8,799 bases of DNA from a virus (taxonomy: Duplodnaviria > Heunggongvirae > Uroviricota > Caudoviricetes). Positions 7,598 to 8,799 of this stretch are shown here, one piece after another. Location: the IMG/VR virus record IMGVR_UViG_3300014893_000043, one strand, 5' to 3'. The translations under genes and the position numbers were made by a program. Positions within the stretch are counted from its first letter, which is position 1, and each line of letters begins with the position of its first letter. The notes beneath the pieces are model-generated. The model was not told the origin of the DNA. It did not search any database and saw nothing but the letters and a program-made list of their open reading frames with translations.

Positions 7598-8094
7598 TTT
7601 ACTGCCCGTCGTGTGGACATGTTGCTCATACCCGTCGCGCACATTTCATGGACGATGGCACCAAGATAATGATTGCACAGTGCCGGAATATTTATTGCTC
7701 TGCGACATTTGAAGCGAGTGAAAGCTTTTTCTCTGACTGTAAAGATTCAGGAATGGAATACATTTCAGGCAAACAGAGATACCGCGATTCACTGACTTCT
7801 GCCTCCGGCAGTATGAAACGCCCGAAAAGAATGCTTGTTACCGGATATTGTTGTCGGAGATGTAAAGGCCTTGCACTGTCAAGAACATCGCGGCGTCTGT
7901 CTCAGGAAGTCACCGAACGTTTTTATGTGTGCACGGAGCCGGGCTGTGGTCTGGTGTTTAAAACGCTTCAGACCATCAACCGCTTCATTGTCCGCCCGGT
8001 CACACCGGACGAACTGGCAGAAAGCCTGCATGAAAAACAGGAACTGCCGCCAGTACGGTTAAAAACACAATCATATTCGCTGCGTCTGGAATGA
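7594..8094 (+). CDS. delta: Delta: late-gene transcriptional activator, tandem Ogr-type zinc-finger protein, 166 aa
   Basis: ATG overlaps the sid stop (ATGA at 7594..7597), preceded by GAGGA. Two C-X2-C...C-X4-C motifs: CPSCGH...CRNIYC and CRRCKG...CTEPGC. Confidence 0.93.
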   Translation: MIYCPSCGHVAHTRRAHFMDDGTKIMIAQCRNIYCSATFEASESFFSDCKDSGMEYISGKQRYRDSLTSASGSMKRPKRMLVTGYCCRRCKGLALSRTSRRLSQEVTERFYVCTEPGCGLVFKTLQTINRFIVRPVTPDELAESLHEKQELPPVRLKTQSYSLRLE

Positions 8095-8167
8095 GGGCTG
8101 CCGGTTAACCCCGGCCGTCGCCGCACACCGTATTTTTATTCTTCAGCATGATGAGAAAGAGATAACG

Positions 8168-8740
8168 ATGGAAAGCACAGCCTTACAGCAGGCCTTTGAC
8201 ACCTGTCAGAATAACAAAGCAGCATGGCTGCAACGCAAAAATGAGCTGGCTGCGGCCGAACAGGAATATCTGCGGCTTCTGTCAGGAGAAGGCAGAAACG
8301 TCAGTCGCCTGGACGAATTACGCAATATTATCGAAGTCAGAAAATGGCAGGGGAATCAGGCCGCCGGTCGTTATATTCGTTCGCATGAAGCCGTTCAGCA
8401 TATCAGCATCCGCGACCGGCTGAATGATTTTATGCAGCAGCACGGCACAGCACTGGCGGCGGCACTGGCACCGGAGCTGATGGGCTACAGTGAGCTGACG
8501 GCCATTGCCCGAAACTGTGCCATACAGCGTGCCACAGATGCCCTGCGTGAAGCCCTTTTGTCCTGGCTTGCGAAGGGGGAAAAAATTAATTATTCCGCAC
8601 AGGATAGCGACATTTTAACGGCCATCGGATTCAGGCCTGACGCAGCTTCGGTGGATGACAGCCGTGAAAAATTCACCCCTGCGCAGAACATGATTTTTTC
8701 GCGCAAAAGTGCGCAACTGGCATCACATCAGTCTGTGTAA
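8168..8740 (+). CDS. psu: Psu: polarity suppression protein (Rho antagonist) and capsid decoration protein, 190 aa
   Basis: Product MESTALQQAFDTCQNNKAAWLQRKNELAAAEQEYLRLLSGEGRNVSRLDELRNIIEVRKWQ... and its 190-aa length match P4 Psu as I recall it. Last gene of the sid-delta-psu operon. Confidence 0.93.
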   Translation: MESTALQQAFDTCQNNKAAWLQRKNELAAAEQEYLRLLSGEGRNVSRLDELRNIIEVRKWQGNQAAGRYIRSHEAVQHISIRDRLNDFMQQHGTALAAALAPELMGYSELTAIARNCAIQRATDALREALLSWLAKGEKINYSAQDSDILTAIGFRPDAASVDDSREKFTPAQNMIFSRKSAQLASHQSV

Positions 8741-8799
8741 AACTCCCCGAAAATCCGCCCGTTTTTACTGAAAAAAGCCATGCATCGATAAGGTGCATG

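Noticed and set aside
8095-8120. Imperfect hairpin GGCTGCCGG...CCGGCC between delta and psu as a terminator
   Set aside because: The stem has a mismatch and no adjacent T-tract, and psu is expected to be co-transcribed with sid and delta.
7835-8423. 75-aa + strand ORFs internal to delta (7835..8062) and psu (8196..8423)
   Set aside because: These are alternative frames inside confidently called genes.

Overview
The window is the right arm (about 7.4 kb) of a P4-type satellite prophage integrated at the tRNA-Sec (selC) attachment site, plus the 5' end of the flanking Set-family transporter gene (likely setC). I did not find a previously undescribed system inside this window; every gene is accounted for by the canonical P4 backbone. 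From the chromosome junction inward the window reads: setC 5' part (1..761, -); a 21-bp copy of the selC 3' end (att core, 1399..1419); crr, two ~125-bp direct repeats carrying TGTTCACC iterons (1541..1845); the alpha-operon terminator; the alpha primase-helicase (1904..4236, -, interrupted by an N-run); three small leftward ORFs of 106, 151 and 95 codons plus a 65-codon ORF; a leader/immunity region with a candidate PLE promoter; vis (orf88, AlpA-like); a candidate PLL late promoter; the ori iteron cluster; a candidate Psid late promoter; and sid, delta and psu on the + strand. The P4 accessory/defence hotspot (the psu-cos-int interval) lies just beyond the 3' edge and is the place to look for novel cargo. 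All calls rest on reading the sequence and recalled P4 biology; no database search was run. Two N-runs (4182..4216, 5827..5836) limit certainty locally.
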